A DNA stretch of 64,000 nucleotides from Macrostomum lignano. Its lineage: Eukaryota. Within the stretch, counting starts at the first letter, position 1. Every line of letters begins with the position of its first letter. Location of the stretch: positions 192,249-256,248 of the forward strand of contig NIVC01000751.1 of assembly GCA_002269645.1 (NCBI GenBank), read 5' to 3'. The notes beneath the pieces are model-generated. The model ran no database searches, had not been told where the DNA came from, and saw nothing but the letters and a program-made list of their open reading frames with translations. This document shows, piece by piece, positions 59,331 to 64,000 of the stretch. A program made the position numbers and the translations under genes.

Positions 59331-60639
59331 AGTATTAAATCAATGTTGCAAAGCTCAGCTGCAGGCCTCAAATTGGCCTCAGGTACAATTGTAATTAATG
59401 CTATAGGCCTCCTGGCCATATGGGCAGTTAGTAGGTAGGCTGAAAAGTTTTGAAAGTGGGCAAATAATTTAATGCAGTAAACTAGAAGATTATGGTTTAG
59501 TCATTATTATAATTATAAAAATATTGAATTATGATAATTATTTTAAAAAGCATTGAGCAAATTGCAGAAGTCTAGTAGTTGCAAAGCTGTTTTGTTTCCT
59601 TGATAGTATTACTTCCATAGCTTCTAGAGTTTGCCTTGTCTTTGAAGCTAATATATTTGCTGACATTGCTAAATTGCTCTATGTATTATATTAGGAGTCT
59701 CACATTATATATGCGCAACCTTTGGAATCACCTAGCCATTTCTATTAGCAACGTATATATGTAAGTTGCTATTGGCTAAGAGCAGTCATGTGACTGCTAT
59801 TTGAACCAAGTGACTTATATGTGTTGCCAATAGAAATGGCCAGGTGAATTCCTAGGTTACATTAGCATCTCACATTGATATATTGATAGTCATTAGGCAA
59901 CTTTCTAAAAAAATGATATATACCAAGAGATAGAACTAGAATCTAGTATATTATGCTTGCTGATTAATTAATTTGCTAGTGCTGGCTTTAATAGTTATTT
60001 TATATATATGGCATGCCTATAGGCACTAAGCTCATTGACAATTGTCAATCTATATTAAACTTGATAACCAGATATTCTAGTGATTAATTGGATATAAATA
60101 GATATGAAATTGTAATCTAGCTTATTTAATATTTTTACTGATTGTTACTACATTATTTATATATATATATTATATACTTGACAGAAACTAGATCCATAGT
60201 CATCTAGTAAGTATATATATTAAAATAAACACAATTCCTATAGCAATAGCTCATTATAATTAGTGATAGAGGATCTCAATAGTTGAAAAACATTGTGAAT
60301 TTTCTCACTAGGCCTAGGTAGGCTTAAAATGGCAATGCCATTAGCTTATAACAAAAATGCTAAGTTCTTTTATCATTTTTGTACAATTCCTAAAAGCCTT
60401 ATAATTGATTTTTTGCCAAATTTCTTGTATAAAGTGAAATATGCAGCCATGGATGATTGCATCTGGAAAAAAACAGCCTTGATTGATAGCTTGCTAGATT
60501 ATTGTTTGAAAAGTTTTTTAACATTTTAAGAATTGAGCCCCATTTAACTAGAGCAATATTTAGAATAGACTCTTGCCTAATTGCCATTATATATATATAT
60601 ATTATAAGCTTCATATATACTAAAAATGAAATGTCTGTA

Positions 60640-60980
60640 ACTATCTAGCTATGCGATAGATTTCAGAAAAAGTGGCTCAACCGATTTTCTTCAAACTTGC
60701 ACCATTTGATCAGAAATTTTCCTGGGACGGTACATGCATCTTGGCTAAGAAATTGCTCAATTTTAAAGGGATTAAATATTCGAAAAACATGCTTTTTTGC
60801 AAAGGTCAAGCAGCTCTTTCGACCTGAAATGAATTGTAAAAATGCGAAAGAAAAAACTGACTGACTGAATTTCAATTGTGATAAAGATTGCATCACAACA
60901 AGATGAAAACAGTGTCGAAAAAATGCACACAAGACTTGATTGTAATTGCGTAACCATATTGCTAACTTGAATTGAGACTG
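60640..60980. mobile_element. Possible non-autonomous Helitron/Helentron-derived fragment
   Basis: Motif GGCTCAACCGATTTTCTTCAAACTTGCAC, typical of such elements and shared with 62655-63300. Confidence 0.3.
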
Positions 60981-61087
60981 ATACTGGCTGACTGAGAAAT
61001 TGATTATGTCATAACTTTTTACTCTAACTGACTTGCTATAAGAATTGAATTATAAGGGCCACAATACATGTTCTCCAATTGAAAAGA

Positions 61088-61160
61088 GATAGCCAAGATG
61101 GGAACAGACTGGACTGCTAATGTAGCGACCTGGGTTCGAATCTTAGTAGTGCAAAAACAT
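61088..61160 (+). pseudogene. tRNA-Ser(GCT)-like fragment / SINE head
   Basis: A-box TAGCCAAGATGG, anticodon-arm-like GGACTGCTAAT, B-box GGTTCGAATC, then a T-run; acceptor stem not intact. Confidence 0.4.
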
Positions 61161-61194
61161 TTTTTTATTAAAACACTTTAAAACAACAAATGCT

Positions 61195-62640
61195 AAACAT
61201 AAAAGAAGCGCAATGTCAAATATAAAAGAGCCACCATGCCAAACAAAAAAAGTGCCCCATGTAGAACACAGAAGAGACACCATGTCAAACATAAAAGAGC
61301 CACCATTTCAAACATAAAAGAGCCACCATGTGAAACATATACGTGACTCAATGTCAAACATTAAAGAGCCACCATGTCAAACATTAAAGAGCCACCATGT
61401 CGAACATAACAGAGACAACATTTCAAACATAAAAGAGCCATCATGTCAAACATAAAAGAGCCACCATGTCGAACATTAAAGAGCCACTATGTCAAACATA
61501 ACAGAGACAACATTTCAAACATAAAAGAGCCATCATGTCAAACATTAAAGAGCCACCATGTCGAACATTAAAGAGCCACCATGTTGAACATTGAAGAGCC
61601 ACCATGTCAAACATTAAAGAGCCACCAAGTAAAATATAAAAGAGCTACCATGTCAAAACATAAAAGAGCCACCATGTCGAACATAACAGAGACAACATTT
61701 CAAACATTTAAGAGCACCATGTCAAACATAAAAGAGCCACCATGTCGAGCATAAAAGAGCCACCATGTCAAACATAAAAGAGCCACCATGTCAAACATTA
61801 AAGAGCCACCATGTCAAACATTCAGAGAAACCATGTCGAACATAACAGAGACAACATTTCAAACATTTAAGAGCCACCATGTCAAACATAAAAGAGCCAC
61901 CATGTCGAGCATAAAATAGCCACCATGTTGAACATTAAAGAGCCACCATGTCAAACATTAAAGAGCCACCATGTCGGCATAAAAGAGCCACCATGTCGAA
62001 CATAAAAGAGCCACCATGTCAAACATTAAAGAGCCACCATGTCAAACATTCAAGAGACACCATGTCGAACATAAACAGAGACAACATTTCAAACATTTAA
62101 GAGCCACCATGTCAAACATAAAAGATCTACCATGTCAAACATAAAAGAGCCATCATGTCAAACATAAAAGAGCCACCATGTCGAACATTAAAGAGCCACC
62201 ATGTTCAACATTAAGGAGCCACCATGTCAAACATAAAAGAGCCACCATGTCAAACATTAAAGAGCCACCATGTCAAACATTAAAGAGCCACCATGTCAAA
62301 CATTCAAGATCAGCCATGTCGAACAATAAAAGAGCCACCATGTAAAATATAAAAGAGCTACCATGTCAAACATAAAAGAGCCATCATGTCAAACATAAAA
62401 GAGCCATCATGTGAAACATATACGTGACTCAATGTCAAACATTAAAGAGCCACCATGTCAAACATATACGTGACTCCATGTCAAACATATATGACTCCAT
62501 GTCAAACATATATGACTCCATGTCAAACATATATGACTCCATGTCAAACATATATGACTCCATGTCAAACATTAAAAATAAAAAAGACACCATGTCACAC
62601 ATAAGGGAGCCACCATATCAAACATAAAAGAGCTACCATG
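61195..62640. repeat. About 20-22-nt minisatellite (AAAGAGCCACCATGTCAAACAT)n
   Basis: About 65 units with variants. Confidence 0.96.
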
Positions 62641-62654
62641 TCAAAACATTATTG

Positions 62655-63300
62655 AGCCATTATCTCTACCTATAAAAATCAAAAACTCTGTCTGTCTGTG
62701 GACAAATTACTTCGCTATGGACTCCCAAACCGCTCAACCAAATTACACCAAACTTTACACCACCCTAAACTTACTACGGAGATGTCTTAGGCTACCTTTT
62801 AATTTCCTAAATTTGAGTCTTCCTACCTAAAAGTACAAAAAACTGCTCAAAATGCGCGATTTTTTCACTTAATCCTCCATAGCGCCGCTCCACTTCTACC
62901 GATTCTCTTCAAATTTGACACAGATAATCTTTAAACTATTTTGGCACAATTGTGTAAAATTTCGAGTCTCAAAGTTAATCCTGAGCGGTGCTGTGCACTT
63001 TAAAGTTAGGCTGTTTTTTTCAGCGTAGCAACCACCCCAACCTCCGCCCGCCTGCCTCTCTTTCCCGATCCTGATCTGGGCCCAGATGTGTATAAGGGTT
63101 TCAAAATTGACTAACTTTCAGCTGCCATAAGTTTGCTCCACGTAAAGCGATTGACTTCAAACTTGACACAATTCTTCATTGACTCATTCTCTATCTAAAT
63201 GTAAAGTTTCAACTCTGTAACTCAACCGAAAAAGAAACTGTAAGCATGTGAAGTTTGTCTGCTTTTTCTGTTGTTTGTGCCACTCACTCACTCATTCCCC
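62655..63300 (+). mobile_element. Possible non-autonomous Helitron/Helentron-type (HINE/DINE-like) element
   Basis: 5' CTATAAAA..CTGTCTGTCTGT microsatellite followed by recurrent (A)CCGATT..CAAA(C/T)TTGACACA-like blocks. Confidence 0.4.
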
Positions 63301-64000
63301 AGAGCCAGACGAAGGGTCAGGCGATAGGACTGAATGTACATAGCAAATGTACAGTGTTTTGGAATAACTTTTTAATAGCCGTCTCTGTACCCCGCGAGTG
63401 GAGAGGCGTGGAGAGGAGAAAGTTTAGCGAGAGATTCAAACTACTGTCCTCTGTATAGACAAGTCGCAGCAGTTAAACAAGGATGGCAAATCAAGGCGAT
63501 GTGGGATGGTTTATAAAAATAGCGAAAAATTAATGAATAACTTATTACAATGCAATCCTACTAAATTAGTTACACCATGAAGCTTTTAACATTAATTTTC
63601 GCATAGAGTAACTTTAAAATTTAAATGACTCCTAAGAAATGCGCATTTCCTTGGTTGTTAGACTGCTGCAGAGTGCAGACTGTGGTGGTGGAGCTGGAGA
63701 TACACAAATTCCTCTCAGGGCTGCTAATTGGCCAGAAAGGTGACGTGTTTAAAGCATAAGAAATGATAACCATGATAGTACGACGTCCCACAAACTGGCT
63801 TTCAAAGCAGGGATCGGTAGATTTTTAACTCAAAGGCCAGATAAAGAATCCAGCTCATGGCTGCGGGCCAGATGAGAGTAAAAAAGAAAAGGAATAGACT
63901 ATTAGAAAGAGAGGAAGGGTGAGAGGGGGTAAGAGAAAAGATATAAGATAACAGGAAAGACGAGTGGGGTGAGGACGAGGAGAGAGCAGAGAATATGGGA

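Overview
Animal genomic DNA, most likely a flatworm. This is inferred from an EF-hand + dynein-light-chain (TAL) gene, GC-rich exons with poly-Q/G/A tracts and minisatellite-packed introns; a Macrostomum-like free-living species is my guess. Genes: (1) a solitary replication-type histone H2B with TATA box and 3' stem-loop; (2) a 2-exon TAL gene; (3) a 23-exon minus-strand CPLANE1 (C5orf42/JBTS17) orthologue. I assembled it by hand with consistent splice phases over 55085-22382: 9675 nt CDS, about 3224 aa. (4) Two plus-strand genes nested in CPLANE1 intron 21: a sterol desaturase/CH25H-like hydroxylase and an intronless channel with ankyrin repeats fused to a TRPM-type body; (5) poorly resolved exons of an unknown minus-strand gene at 5-13 kb. 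Other content: a near-identical 7.39-kb tandem duplication (8797-16185 / 16190-23568), a decayed Merlin transposase, MITEs, a tRNA-headed SINE and many tandem repeats. Most unusual signals: four orphan copies of the histone 3'-end stem-loop motif away from any histone CDS; the ankyrin-TRPM chimera nested with an oxysterol-type enzyme in a ciliogenesis gene; and a sharply bounded CpG-void, TAG/CTA-rich domain over the CPLANE1 5' end. All coordinates and counts were read manually, and no database searches were run.
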